Source: Methanobacteriota archaeon
GTDB lineage: Archaea; Thermoplasmatota; Thermoplasmata; SG8-5; JACRNV01
Length of the DNA stretch: 64,000 nt
Direction of reading: 5' to 3'
NCBI GenBank assembly: GCA_016214785.1
Contig: JACRNV010000056.1
Span: 6,843 to 70,842, forward strand
Position numbers and translations under genes: made by a program. The notes under the pieces are model-generated. The model did not search any database. It worked only from the letters and a program-made list of their open reading frames with translations, and was not told the origin of the DNA. Within the stretch, counting starts at the first letter, position 1. Each line of letters opens with the position of its first letter. Positions 10,464-19,802 of this stretch are shown in pieces.

Positions 10464-11102
10464 GCTGCCTTAGTGGCGTCCATCGCAGTCGCATTGTTTT
10501 TATCGTCCGGCTTCGGCTCCGCTGCGGAGCAGAGCATCGGCTACGGGGCGCGCGACGCCGGCGCCGCCCTGCAACCGGGCGAATACGAGGCCTGGATCTT
10601 CCCGACTGGCCCCGGGGATCTCGTGAGCGTGACGCTCCATTCGACCGCGCTGGCGGACTTCTACCTGACCAATTACAGCGGTTACTTAGCGTACAAGCTG
10701 GGGCAGTTCGGAACTGCCAACGATTTCTACTTTATCGGAGGCGAGTGCTCGAAGGTCAACGCCACAGGGATCTCCTACCTGTACAACCCTGCCGTGGACG
10801 ACATGCTGGTCGTCATCGCCGACAACCAGAACCGGACCGTCGAGGGGGCCGCCCCCGCCGGACCGGTGCAGATAACGGGCAAGATTGACGTGCGGCAGAG
10901 GTTCTGGAGCCTGAACAACATCCTGATCATCGGCGCCGTGGTTGCCGCGGCGGTCGTGCTGATGGCCTGGGCGGCATCGAGGTGGGCGCGCGCGCCCCCC
11001 GAGCACCGGCCGAAGATGGTCAGGATCGTTCGCCGGGCACGCGTTCAGAAGCCGCCCGAAAGAAAAGGGTTATCACGGAAGAAGGGGATGAGGGGGCGGT
11101 GA
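10464..11102 (+). CDS. Hypothetical type-I membrane-anchored protein (signal peptide plus C-terminal TM and basic tail)
   Basis: In-frame TTG/GTG start at 10464/10467 after the Kelch-2 stop. LVASIAVALFLSSGFGSAAE signal-like segment. C-terminal ILIIGAVVAAAVVLMAWAA TM followed by an R/K-rich tail. Confidence 0.4.
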   Translation, partial: AALVASIAVALFLSSGFGSAAEQSIGYGARDAGAALQPGEYEAWIFPTGPGDLVSVTLHSTALADFYLTNYSGYLAYKLGQFGTANDFYFIGGECSKVNATGISYLYNPAVDDMLVVIADNQNRTVEGAAPAGPVQITGKIDVRQRFWSLNNILIIGAVVAAAVVLMAWAASRWARAPPEHRPKMVRIVRRARVQKPPERKGLSRKKGMRGR

Positions 11103-11106
11103 GCAC

Positions 11107-11703
11107 GTGTACACAGACGAGGAAGGCGAGGCCGCCGTTAGGCTCGCGCGCGGCACGATCGACGCCGTGGTCGTAGGGAAGATGCCGGCGATGCCCCATC
11201 TCGGGGGGAGGTTCGACGCCAAGTCCGGGGCGTTCGTGACCATCGAAACATATCCGGCGCTGAAGCTCCGCGGCTGCATCGGCTACCCGGAGCCCATCTT
11301 CGCGCTCAAGGAGGCGCTCGCCCGCGCCGCGGCAGGGGCCACGGAGGACCCGCGCTTCCCGAGGCTCGCCGAGACGGAGCTGGACAAGGTCGTCGTCGAC
11401 GTCAGCCTTCTGACGCCTCCTGAGCTGATAAGGATCGACAAGCTGCGCAACCTGCCGAGGGAGGTGAAGGTCGGCAGGGACGGCCTCATCGCCGAGCGCC
11501 ACGGCCTCAGGGGGCTCCTGCTCCCGCAGGTCGCCACCGACTACAACCTTTCTCCCGAGGAGTTCCTCTCTGAGACATGCATGAAGGCCGGGCTGGACGC
11601 CGACGCCTGGCTCGTGGAGGGCACGCGCATGTTCAGGTTCGGCGCCGAGGTCTTTTGTGAGAAAGAGCCCCGCGGCAAGGTGGAAAGGAAGGTGCTTGGG
11701 TAG
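11107..11703 (+). CDS. AMMECR1-domain protein
   Basis: GTG start; 198 aa with conserved AMMECR1 core (…LRGCIGYPEP…GLLLPQVA…). Confidence 0.88.
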   Translation: MYTDEEGEAAVRLARGTIDAVVVGKMPAMPHLGGRFDAKSGAFVTIETYPALKLRGCIGYPEPIFALKEALARAAAGATEDPRFPRLAETELDKVVVDVSLLTPPELIRIDKLRNLPREVKVGRDGLIAERHGLRGLLLPQVATDYNLSPEEFLSETCMKAGLDADAWLVEGTRMFRFGAEVFCEKEPRGKVERKVLG

Positions 11704-12929
11704 TGGCCTACGACCTCGTCGTCTACGGCAGGATACCGCAGGGCTACACGACCGTGAAGGGATGCGTGGCCGTGAAGGACGGGAAAATAATCAAGCTCGG
11801 GCGCTCGCTGACCGGCGACAGGGTCATGGACATGGGGGGCATGCTCGTGCTCCCGGCGGCGGTGGATATGCACGTCCATATGCGCGAGCCCGGCTTCGCG
11901 CACAAGGAGGACTTCGGCTCTGGCACGATGTCGGCCGCCTTTGGCGGGGTGACTTGCGTGGCCGACATGCCGAACACGAATCCCCTGACAAAGAGCAAGG
12001 AAGGGCTCGAAGAAAAGCTCGATGCCATGAAGAAGGCCAACGTCGACTGCGCCGCCTACGGGCTGCTCTCCCCCGATTCGGATTTGCGCGCGCTGGCGAA
12101 GGGCACGCTCGGCCTGAAGCTCTACATGTACGAACACCCGCCCGAGACTTGGCCCGAGCTGCTTGCGATGGCCGGCGAGAGGTTCCTCTCCGTGCATGCC
12201 GAGCACCCCGCTTATCTCGATAACATCAAGGTCACCACGCTCGAAGAGCATCTGAGGGCACGGCCGCACGAAGCCGAGGTCGAGGCCGTGCGGGCGCTCG
12301 CCGAGTCCGGCAGGGGCGTGCACGTAGCTCACGTCAGCACCGTCGATTCGTGGCTCCTCCTCGCCAACACCAAGTGCACGTGCGAGGCCACGCCCCACCA
12401 CCTTTACCTGACATGCAGGTCGCGCCTGGGGCCGCTGGGCAAGATGAACCCGCCGCTCAGGACGAGGCACGACCGCGACTCCCTCTGGGACGCGCTGCGC
12501 GTGGGGGAGATTGACGTCGTCGCCAGCGACCATGCCCCCCACACCCTGGAAGAGAAGAGGGAGTTCTCGACCGCGCCATCGGGCGTGCCGGGCGTCGAGA
12601 CTATCTTCCCCCTCATGCTCAAGGCCGTGCGCGACGGGGAGCTGGAAATGCGCCGCTGCCTGGAGGCGTGCTGCGAGCGCCCGGCGCAGCTGCTCGGGCT
12701 GAAGAAGGGGAAGCTCGCAGAGGGCTACGACGCCGACATCATCGCCATAGACCTGAAGGCCTCGCGCAAGGTCAGGGGGGACGAGCTGCACTCGAAGTGC
12801 GGCTGGACGCCGTTCGAGGGGTTCGAGCTGCCCTTCCCGAAGCTCGTCATGCTGCGCGGGACGCCGATAATCGCCGACGGCGAGCTGGCGGAGGAGCGCA
12901 AGGGCAAGATTATCCTGCCTATCGCCTGA
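11703..12929 (+). CDS. pyrC: Dihydroorotase / cyclic amidohydrolase
   Basis: 408 aa. Metal-binding HxH (DMHVHMREPG) and the conserved …VASDHAPH… Asp/His motif of the amidohydrolase superfamily, with dihydroorotase-type length and layout. Confidence 0.88.
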   Translation: MAYDLVVYGRIPQGYTTVKGCVAVKDGKIIKLGRSLTGDRVMDMGGMLVLPAAVDMHVHMREPGFAHKEDFGSGTMSAAFGGVTCVADMPNTNPLTKSKEGLEEKLDAMKKANVDCAAYGLLSPDSDLRALAKGTLGLKLYMYEHPPETWPELLAMAGERFLSVHAEHPAYLDNIKVTTLEEHLRARPHEAEVEAVRALAESGRGVHVAHVSTVDSWLLLANTKCTCEATPHHLYLTCRSRLGPLGKMNPPLRTRHDRDSLWDALRVGEIDVVASDHAPHTLEEKREFSTAPSGVPGVETIFPLMLKAVRDGELEMRRCLEACCERPAQLLGLKKGKLAEGYDADIIAIDLKASRKVRGDELHSKCGWTPFEGFELPFPKLVMLRGTPIIADGELAEERKGKIILPIA

Positions 12930-13197
12930 TGTCGAACCCGGCGAACTCGCCCGTCGGCCTCTCCCATCTCCCCTCGTGGCGCTCGACCCTGGCGTTCGGC
13001 TGCGAGGTGGCGCACCATTCTATGAGGGCTTTGACCGATTCCTCCTCCCCTTCGAAGACCGCCTCGACAGAGCCGTCCGGCACGTTGCGCACCCAGCCCG
13101 TGACGCCCGTCTCCTCTGCTTTCTTACACGTGTTGTCCCTGAAGAACACGCCCTGCACCCTGCCGAAGAAGAGGACGTGGGCGCGCGCTTGGGCCAT
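12919..13197 (-). CDS. acyP: Acylphosphatase
   Basis: Start MAQARAHVLFFGRVQGVFFR; acylphosphatase signatures (VQGVFFR, GWVRNxxDGSVE). 92 aa. Confidence 0.85.
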   Translation of the reverse strand: MAQARAHVLFFGRVQGVFFRDNTCKKAEETGVTGWVRNVPDGSVEAVFEGEEESVKALIEWCATSQPNARVERHEGRWERPTGEFAGFDIRR

Positions 13198-13264
13198 GAA
13201 TGAAGGTAATGCGAGCGCGCCCAAAAACGTTGCGGGTGTGACGGAATGCCTTTTCGCAAATCCC

Positions 13265-14187
13265 TTACAGAACCCAATCCTTCTCCCGCGGCTGCGGCGC
13301 GCTCGCCTCTGCGGCGTACTGGCCGCAGTTGCTCCCTATCCGGTTCTCATCGAGCGCGCCGATGCTCAGTATCGTCTCGAACCCGAGGCGCTCGAAGCTT
13401 GCAACTAGTGCGGAGGCCGTCTCGGGCCTCTCCGCGTCGAAGCCCGGCTCCAAACCGCTCCACTGCGCCCTCCGCGTCGGGTTCAGGGGCGTTATCTTGA
13501 CGAGGAAATCGTCGGCGCCGAAGGCCTTGGCCACCGCTGCGGCATCGATGGGCACTCCCTTGATGGCCATGAAGTTCAGCGTCACCTTCTTGTCCCCCTC
13601 GGAGCGGAAGGACCGCCCCTGCGCGGCTATCTCCTCGAGGGAGAGCGCGCCCGCCGGCATGAGGGCGCGCCTCGCGCTCTCATCGGTGGAATGTATGGAG
13701 AACTGCAGCTGGAACCGACCGCGGAAATGCCTGTCCTTGACAATTTTCAAATCGTCGAGGAACCGCGCCGAGCCCGACGGCGCGATGGTCGAGACGCTCA
13801 CCGTGAGGTTGCCGTGTCCTTCACTGCCCAGGCCGTCGAGGAAGCCTACGACCGAGGGGTTGAGCGCCGGTTCCCCCATCCTCGCCAATTGGAGCTTCCA
13901 TTTCTTTGTTTCTGGCTTTCCGCCATCGAACCTCGCGCGCGCGAGGTGCTCGACCTGCGCGCGCATCTCTTCTTCGGTAAGTGGTCGCCTGTAACCCCCG
14001 CCGGCGTCGCACATCGCGCACTCCATCGGGCAGCCGGCCAGCGTCGAGATGATGTTCACCCACTTCTCCGCGCGCGGCCTCGGCGGCTGGAGCGATTCGA
14101 CGAACTCGATCCTGCTGCCGTCCTTTAGCTCGGCGACGTAGACCTTAGCCAAGTCGTCGCGCCCGTGCTCGGCGATGACCCTCATGC
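13265..14187 (-). CDS. RlmN/Cfr-family radical SAM enzyme (N-terminally short form)
   Basis: Start MRVIAEHG (ATG 14185-14187), with a 4-nt ATGA overlap to the upstream gene. CxxxCxxC as CPMECAMC, then MGEPALNP, …FSIHSTDES…, …ITPLNP… and the C-terminal …SNCGQYA… Cys typical of RlmN/Cfr. The long N-terminal extension in the raw ORF is GC-frame noise. Confidence 0.78.
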
Positions 14188-15030
14188 CCCGCCCCCGATC
14201 TCCCTGTCGAGGGCGAGCGCAGCCTCGACGCCATCGCCGACGGCCATCGCGACCTGCCCGAGCCTCCCGCGCCGGGCGTCGCCGGCGGTTTTGAATCGCC
14301 GTGTCTTTGGCCCGATGCCATCCATCTCCGGGAGAGCGGGTTCGCGCCCGACGGCTACTAAAAGCGCATCGAACGTCCCCTTGCCGCCATGCCATTCGAT
14401 GCCTATTTTCGAGCCCGCCTTACGCGCCCCTTTCATCTCTGACCCGATGAAAGCTATTCTCTCTTCGTTTTTCGCCTCATCGAGCAGAGCCTTGATGGCG
14501 CAAAGTGGCGAGCGGTGCAGAACCGTTGCCGCGATACCCTTGTCCGATAAATTGAGCGCGTAGTCCAGCGCAGCCTCGCCGCCGCCGAGGACGCAGATCT
14601 TCGAGCCTTTCCTGAGCTCCTTCATCTTGGAAATCTCGTAGAAGATGAGGCGTGCATTCTCCAGCCCTTTCTCCCCCCCGAAGCCCGCCCTCTTCGGCGA
14701 TGTTCCCGTGCAAACTATAACTCCATCGAACCGCTCCCGCGAATCGGTTGTATGGATTTCGAATGTCCCTTTGATCAATTTCACGCTCTCGACGTTCTCT
14801 CTGAGAATCTCAATGTCCCATCGCCGTGCCTGCCTCACCATCAGGCTTGCCAATTCATCGCCCTTGATTCCCTTCCCGAACCCGGGATAGTTCTCGACGA
14901 GCCGGGCGTTCCGCAGCGCGCCGCCTGGTTTACCGTCCTCATAAATCGTGACGGCGTGCCCGCATCGCGCCAGCTGTACAGCGGCCGCGAGCCCGGCCGG
15001 GCCCGCTCCCACGACGGCCACGCTAGCCAT
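14182..15030 (-). CDS. FAD/NAD(P)-dependent pyridine-nucleotide-disulfide oxidoreductase (thioredoxin-reductase-like)
   Basis: N-terminal VAVVGAGPAGLAAA dinucleotide fold; second GxGxxA (VLGGGEAALDYA); C-terminal GD motif (…TAGDARRG…). Confidence 0.85.
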   Translation of the reverse strand: MASVAVVGAGPAGLAAAVQLARCGHAVTIYEDGKPGGALRNARLVENYPGFGKGIKGDELASLMVRQARRWDIEILRENVESVKLIKGTFEIHTTDSRERFDGVIVCTGTSPKRAGFGGEKGLENARLIFYEISKMKELRKGSKICVLGGGEAALDYALNLSDKGIAATVLHRSPLCAIKALLDEAKNEERIAFIGSEMKGARKAGSKIGIEWHGGKGTFDALLVAVGREPALPEMDGIGPKTRRFKTAGDARRGRLGQVAMAVGDGVEAALALDREIGGGA

Positions 15031-15700
15031 CGGCGGCGCTCACCATCCCGACCGTTTCATCTGCTGTGACGATGAACGCGAAGCCGTGCGCCAGAGTCGC
15101 CAGCGCCGACACCTGCAGGCGCTCGTTGATCGTCGCGGTCCCGTCGGCTATTACATGGACTCGAAAGCCGCGCTGGAACGCCTCGCGCGCGGTGGTCTCG
15201 CAACAGAGGTCGGTCATCACGCCGCAGACGAAGACCGAGTCGGCGCCCAGCTCCTTCAGCCTCGCGCCTATATCGGTGGACTCGAACGCCCCGTAGAGGT
15301 GCTTGTCGAGTATGACTGTGTCCTTGGGCAATCGCACGCGCGGGTCGATGGCCGTCAACTCACTCGTCGGGTCGAGGCGTACGCCCCACCACTCGACCGT
15401 GGGGTCGACGTCGTCGCGCGACGACTTGTACCTCGTGGCGAATATCGGCCGTCTTGCCTTTGAAAACGCATCTATCACGCGCTGCACGCGCCCGAGGACA
15501 TGCCTGGAAGCGGGCAGGTAGGCGGGCGCGCCTTTCTCGAGAAAGTAGCGCTGCATGTCGACAACGATAAGCGAGGGCGCGTACGGCCTCGGCGGCGCGT
15601 TAATTCCCAAAAGGCCTGACATCGACTGGCGCCACCGCTCGACGCTCTTATCCAAATCGTGGCCGTAGTCCTCATGCTCGCCCGCGCCTTTCCACTCCAT
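15023..15700 (-). CDS. Isochorismatase-family cysteine hydrolase
   Basis: …LIVVDMQRYF…; catalytic Cys context VFVCGVMTDLCCETTAREA; 225 aa. Overlaps the downstream oxidoreductase by 8 nt (operon). Confidence 0.85.
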   Translation of the reverse strand: MEWKGAGEHEDYGHDLDKSVERWRQSMSGLLGINAPPRPYAPSLIVVDMQRYFLEKGAPAYLPASRHVLGRVQRVIDAFSKARRPIFATRYKSSRDDVDPTVEWWGVRLDPTSELTAIDPRVRLPKDTVILDKHLYGAFESTDIGARLKELGADSVFVCGVMTDLCCETTAREAFQRGFRVHVIADGTATINERLQVSALATLAHGFAFIVTADETVGMVSAADG

Positions 15701-15734
15701 GCCTCACCTGGGGCGCTTCCTGGTTTACCGAGCT

Positions 15735-15832
15735 GGGGGCGCAAACAGTGCTCCTACTCTGTATCTGTATGGCGGATAAGAATATTGCGCTCCTACATTG
15801 ACGGAGATGTTTGCGGGCGCAAACAGTGCTCC
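15735..15832. promoter_or_regulatory. Divergent promoter region with an 18-nt direct repeat (GGGCGCAAACAGTGCTCC at 15735-15752 and 15815-15832) and a TATA-like box (tataaatag ~15912)
   Basis: Two exact copies 80 nt apart between the minus-strand isochorismatase operon and the plus-strand gene at 15948. TATA-like box ~30 nt upstream of ATG 15948. Confidence 0.4.
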
Positions 15833-15947
15833 AACGCGGAACACCGGGGACGAAAATTTTTACCCCTTCTTCGGAAAATAAGGGAGTCTGATTGGCGGCC
15901 CTCACTAGCTATAAATAGTCTATTGCAGATACCCGGACGGTGGAGAT

Positions 15948-16511
15948 ATGCAATATCGCAACATAGTGGGGTTGGCAGTGGTATTTTGCGTCCTTGCGGC
16001 GGGAATGGTGTCTGCGAATTCGTACACAGTGCCGGCAACGGGCTACGATTCCACGGACACCCTCGGAGCATTGGACCTCTGGAACGACTATCACGTGAGC
16101 GCGGCCTCGGGAAAGAAGATATCGTACTCGTTCGCCGTGCAGGGGAGCGGGACGATCAAGGTGCTGTTCGTGAAAGGGTCGACGTTCACCCTCAACAGCC
16201 AGTATCTTGTCGTGTATAGCCGAGACACGCCGACCACATCCTACTCCGGCACTTTCTCCGTAGGCTCGGACGATGGTACGCAATTCACTATCGTTGTCAC
16301 CAGCGACCTTACGCAGAACGTGACCTACACCGCGAAGATTACAGTCGCCGACACCCCAGTGACGGACTATCTTCTCGGTGCGGGCATTCTGGTCGGCATA
16401 ATCGTTGTCGTCGTGATTATCGGCGCATTCCTCCGCGGCAGAAAGAAGAAAGCGAGCCAGGCGCCGTCCCATGCTCCCCAGCAGCATATCCCCCCTCCGC
16501 CTGCACGCTAG
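15948..16511 (+). CDS. Small secreted/membrane-anchored Thr/Ser-rich protein (signal peptide, C-terminal TM, Pro-rich tail)
   Basis: MQYRNIVGLAVVFCVLAAGMVSANS signal. …LLGAGILVGIIVVVVIIGAFLRGRKKK TM plus basic anchor. 187 aa. Confidence 0.6.
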   Translation: MQYRNIVGLAVVFCVLAAGMVSANSYTVPATGYDSTDTLGALDLWNDYHVSAASGKKISYSFAVQGSGTIKVLFVKGSTFTLNSQYLVVYSRDTPTTSYSGTFSVGSDDGTQFTIVVTSDLTQNVTYTAKITVADTPVTDYLLGAGILVGIIVVVVIIGAFLRGRKKKASQAPSHAPQQHIPPPPAR

Positions 16512-16602
16512 GGAAACTCGGATAGCCAGCCCATCGAAACATAAACGATAGAAGCAGGGCAGCATACCTGCCGTACGCAAGTTACAACGCCGTGATTCCC
16601 GT

Positions 16603-17718
16603 CTAGAATAGCCCGAAGTATTTCGCCGCTACTATCCCGCCAATGACGATGGCTACGACCGCTATTGTAGTCCCTATCTTCAGCCAGCTGTACGGCGCCT
16701 CTCCCTGGACTTTCCCGGTTTGGCCGTTGACCATGAACCTGAAGACCTTCGCACCGTACTGGTAGGACGCCACGTACGCCGGCAGCAGCAGGTGCTTCCA
16801 CTTGATGTCGCTGAAGTCCGTGCTCACGTTCAGGTCGCGCTGCGTGTCCCCGTCCAGCAGCCGCGAGCACTCGCCCCGCTCGCTCTGCTGCATCTCGCCC
16901 CTTGCACTCTGCCAGCAGTCCCTGGGGTCGATGCTGTAGGCCTCGGCCTTGTACCCCGAGAGGTAGTCGTGCTTGTAAGGGACGAGCCCGCCCTTGAGGT
17001 TGTACGGGTAGATGCTCTGCAGGATCTCTCTCGGCAGGCCCTTCGAGGCGTTTATCAGGGCGTCGTCGTAGAAGGCGCTGTGCGTGCCCGAGCGGTACTC
17101 CCAGCGTATCTTGCGCACCTGGCGCGACCGGCGCACCTGCCTCCCGTTCTCGTACGCGGTGTAGTGCTCCGTCTCATAGTAATAGTGCCCAGCATAGCCG
17201 CTCCAGCGCGAGAATGCATTGGCGTCGAAGGTGAAATGGGGCGCGTACAGGCCGTCGATCTGCGCCAGCGCCGCCCGCCTCTTGAGGTCGCTCGGGCGGA
17301 ACCACAGGCCGCGCAGCCAGCCCTGGAAGAGCTGGATGGCCTTGTCCTTTCCGACCACGAAAGGCACGAGGCTCTCGGGCATGACCATCCCCGGCACCGG
17401 CGGCGCCTCGACCACCACCGGGGAGTCGCAGAACGCGCACTTCGTCGCCATCTCCCCCTTCGCCAGGGACGTGACGGCCCCGCACCTGTCGCACTTGAAG
17501 TGGCGGCTCTCTGCCCCGAAGCCCTGCGCTGCCGTGTATGGCACCGGCTCGAGCTCGGCTATGTCATGCTCGACGATGGGCTTGGCAACGGGGGCGATGG
17601 CCTGCTCGGTGCCACAGTGGGGGCACTTCAGATTTGTGGTACCGGGCTCGTAGTTGAGCGTCGAGCCGCAGCTGCCGCATTTGAATGCCAGCTCCCTGAC
17701 CTCGCCCTGCTCAGGCAT
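16603..17718 (-). CDS. Double zinc-ribbon protein with C-terminal transmembrane anchor (last gene of a 4-gene operon)
   Basis: N-terminal FKCGSCGS…KCPHCGT and FKCDRCGA…KCAFCDS ribbons. C-terminal LKIGTTIAVVAIVIGGIVAA TM. Start is 3 nt after the upstream stop. Confidence 0.7.
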   Translation of the reverse strand: MPEQGEVRELAFKCGSCGSTLNYEPGTTNLKCPHCGTEQAIAPVAKPIVEHDIAELEPVPYTAAQGFGAESRHFKCDRCGAVTSLAKGEMATKCAFCDSPVVVEAPPVPGMVMPESLVPFVVGKDKAIQLFQGWLRGLWFRPSDLKRRAALAQIDGLYAPHFTFDANAFSRWSGYAGHYYYETEHYTAYENGRQVRRSRQVRKIRWEYRSGTHSAFYDDALINASKGLPREILQSIYPYNLKGGLVPYKHDYLSGYKAEAYSIDPRDCWQSARGEMQQSERGECSRLLDGDTQRDLNVSTDFSDIKWKHLLLPAYVASYQYGAKVFRFMVNGQTGKVQGEAPYSWLKIGTTIAVVAIVIGGIVAAKYFGLF

Positions 17719-17721
17719 GGC

Positions 17722-18750
17722 TCACTGCACCGCTGTGCCGCACTGGCCGCAGAATTTGACGCCTGGCTGCAGTGCCGTGCCGCACTTGGCGCACGCCGCC
17801 GCGGCCTGCTTCGTCCCGCAGGAGCCGCAGAAGGCCTGGCCCATAGGTATCGGCGCCTGGCATTTGACGCACGGCCTCGTCGCCGCTGCCGCGGCTACCT
17901 GCGGCTGCGCCTGCCCCGGCTGCTGCATCGCCTGGCTCATCTGCCATCCCATGCCTATGCCCGCGCCCACGCCCACGCCCGCGGCGGCCGCGCCGCCGGA
18001 CGGGTTGTTGGCCGCGTCGCGCATCGCCTCCCCGGTCTGGTACTGCATGTACGTCGTCCCGGTGATGTTCATCGATGCGCGCTTGTCCACTGCCTTCTGC
18101 ACTTCCTCGGGCATGGTTATGTAAATGCCCGAGAGCTTCTGGACCTCAATTCCAAATGGGGCGAAATGCGGCTTGGACTTCTCGAGGACTATCTGCTCGA
18201 TCTCGTTCAGGTTCGCCGGCAGGTCGACGATGCTCATGCCCCTGTCCTTGAGCTCGCCCAGCGCGTCGAAAATCTGCAGGACTATCTGCTCCTTGATGCG
18301 CTCCTCGACCTGCGGGCCGGAGATGAGGCCCTCGGTGCCCACGAACTGGCTGATGAAGTTCGCCGGCTCCTTTATCCTCCACCTGGCCTCGCCGAAGAGC
18401 CTCAGGTTCACGATGCCGAAGTCCTTGTCCCTGAAGACGTACGGCTGCTTGCTCCCGTACTTGAAGTCGAAGGGCCTCTTCTGGAGATAGTACACCTCGG
18501 CCTGCTGTTCCACCCCACTTAGAGCCTTGAGCAGCCACCCGTAGATGGGCGCGTTCTGCGAGGTGAGCGCGTACCTGTCCGGCCGGTCGATGTAAGACAG
18601 CGCCTTGCCGTCCCTGTAGAATACGGCGAATTCGTCCTCGCGCACGACGATGTTGTCGTTCCAGCGGATGTTGCGCGGGACCTTCCACATGATGTTCCCG
18701 CGCTTGAACCCCTCGTCCCAGATTATCGTCGTCGAACCGAGCAGCGACAT
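17722..18750 (-). CDS. SPFH/band-7 (stomatin/prohibitin-like) domain protein with C-terminal double zinc ribbon (COG4260-like)
   Basis: 342 aa. SPFH core (…RDKDFGIVNLRLFGEARWRI…). Gly/Ala/Gln-rich linker. C-terminal …CVKCQAPIPMGQAFCGSCGT…CAKCGTALQPGVKFCGQCGT. Confidence 0.75.
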   Translation of the reverse strand: MSLLGSTTIIWDEGFKRGNIMWKVPRNIRWNDNIVVREDEFAVFYRDGKALSYIDRPDRYALTSQNAPIYGWLLKALSGVEQQAEVYYLQKRPFDFKYGSKQPYVFRDKDFGIVNLRLFGEARWRIKEPANFISQFVGTEGLISGPQVEERIKEQIVLQIFDALGELKDRGMSIVDLPANLNEIEQIVLEKSKPHFAPFGIEVQKLSGIYITMPEEVQKAVDKRASMNITGTTYMQYQTGEAMRDAANNPSGGAAAAGVGVGAGIGMGWQMSQAMQQPGQAQPQVAAAAATRPCVKCQAPIPMGQAFCGSCGTKQAAAACAKCGTALQPGVKFCGQCGTAVQ

Positions 18751-19271
18751 CAGGGCGCCTCCGTGTTGGTGATGTACGCCATCCTGCGCTTGAAGGCCGT
18801 CCTCAGAGCCTGCAGCGACGTCGAGAGGTTCCTAGCGAGGGGCATGGCCTGGTCCGTCGCCCCCGCGAGCTGCTCGACCTGCCCGCCGAGCGCGCCTATG
18901 CCGTCCAGGAGCTGCAAATCGTAGTTGTAGAGGATGTTGAGCTCCGACTCCTCGACCCTTATCGCAGGCGAGAAACCAGAGTACCCCTGCTCGGCGTGCC
19001 TTATCATACCCTCGAGCTCCTGCGCCTCGAAGATGGCGCGCCCGAGCGGCTCAAGGGCCTTGACCTGGTAGTTGTCCGTGAGCGCCTGCCGCACCTCCTC
19101 CATGCGGCTGCGCGCGAGCTTGAGCCTGTCCGCGACCTGGATGCGCAGGATGCTGTCCGCCTGGCGCAGGTCCTCGCGCTTCCTGTAGCCCGAGAAGCCC
19201 GGTATCAGAAGCTGTATCCGCTTCAGCAGTCCCCTGTCCTCCTCGACCCTCTGCCTTATGTCGACCATCTT
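18750..19271 (-). CDS. Hypothetical soluble coiled-coil protein (operon gene 2)
   Basis: Start MVDIRQRVEED (ATG 19269-19271), 173 aa. Its stop overlaps the SPFH gene start (ATGA). No family recognised. Confidence 0.5.
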   Translation of the reverse strand, partial: KMVDIRQRVEEDRGLLKRIQLLIPGFSGYRKREDLRQADSILRIQVADRLKLARSRMEEVRQALTDNYQVKALEPLGRAIFEAQELEGMIRHAEQGYSGFSPAIRVEESELNILYNYDLQLLDGIGALGGQVEQLAGATDQAMPLARNLSTSLQALRTAFKRRMAYITNTEAP

Positions 19272-19618
19272 TTCACCCCTCTGAAACGCGTGAACAGCAG
19301 CCAAATTCCAATGATGATTATGACAATCGGGATTATGAGCCCCCAGGTGACGGGGATGTAGCCCATCGCGGCGACGAGCATGATGGTGCCGACGAAGACG
19401 AGCACCGTCCCCCAAAAGAACCTCCGCGCGATGAGGAGCCATATGCCCAGCAGGAGCAGCAGAAGCGGCAGTATCACCGTTATTGGCACGACCAGAATTC
19501 CCACCTCGTTCAGGAGCCAGAGCGCGCCGACTATCAGCAGCGCTATCCCCCAGAAGACGCCGCCCCTGTGGGTCAGCACGTCGCTCGGGCCTTTGTACCC
19601 CGTTTCGTCATCAGCCAT
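19256..19618 (-). CDS. Small 4-TM membrane protein (operon gene 1)
   Basis: Start MADDETGYKGPS (ATG 19616-19618). Four hydrophobic helices (GIALLIVGALWLL, LPLLLLLLGIWLLIA, VLVFVGTIMLVAAMG, IIPIVIIIIGIWLLF). Overlaps the downstream gene by 16 nt. Confidence 0.55.
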   Translation of the reverse strand: MADDETGYKGPSDVLTHRGGVFWGIALLIVGALWLLNEVGILVVPITVILPLLLLLLGIWLLIARRFFWGTVLVFVGTIMLVAAMGYIPVTWGLIIPIVIIIIGIWLLFTRFRGVKRWST

Positions 19619-19802
19619 TGAAGATGGTAGCGCCATTCCGAATAAAAATCTATCGATGGGATTCCCTGGGTATTCCCCATTCACCGCACATTTATTATAG
19701 TAGGAGCGCTGATAGGCAGTTTGGACAAAAGGAACAACGAGACGGCCTGGCATTTGGCCATGATCCTCTTCGTTAGTTGCATGTCAAAAGAGAGATGATA
19801 GG

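Noticed and set aside
11107-14395. Possible AmmeMemoRadiSam system (AMMECR1-domain gene next to a radical SAM gene)
   Set aside because: The radical SAM gene at 13265..14187 is RlmN/Cfr-type, not the AmmeMemoRadiSam partner, and lies in a different operon on the opposite strand. No Memo-like gene is present.
16720-18522. 600-aa plus-strand ORF spanning the SPFH operon
   Set aside because: It is antisense to two tightly coupled, motif-rich genes. The translation is a low-complexity Arg/Leu/Ala/Val string.
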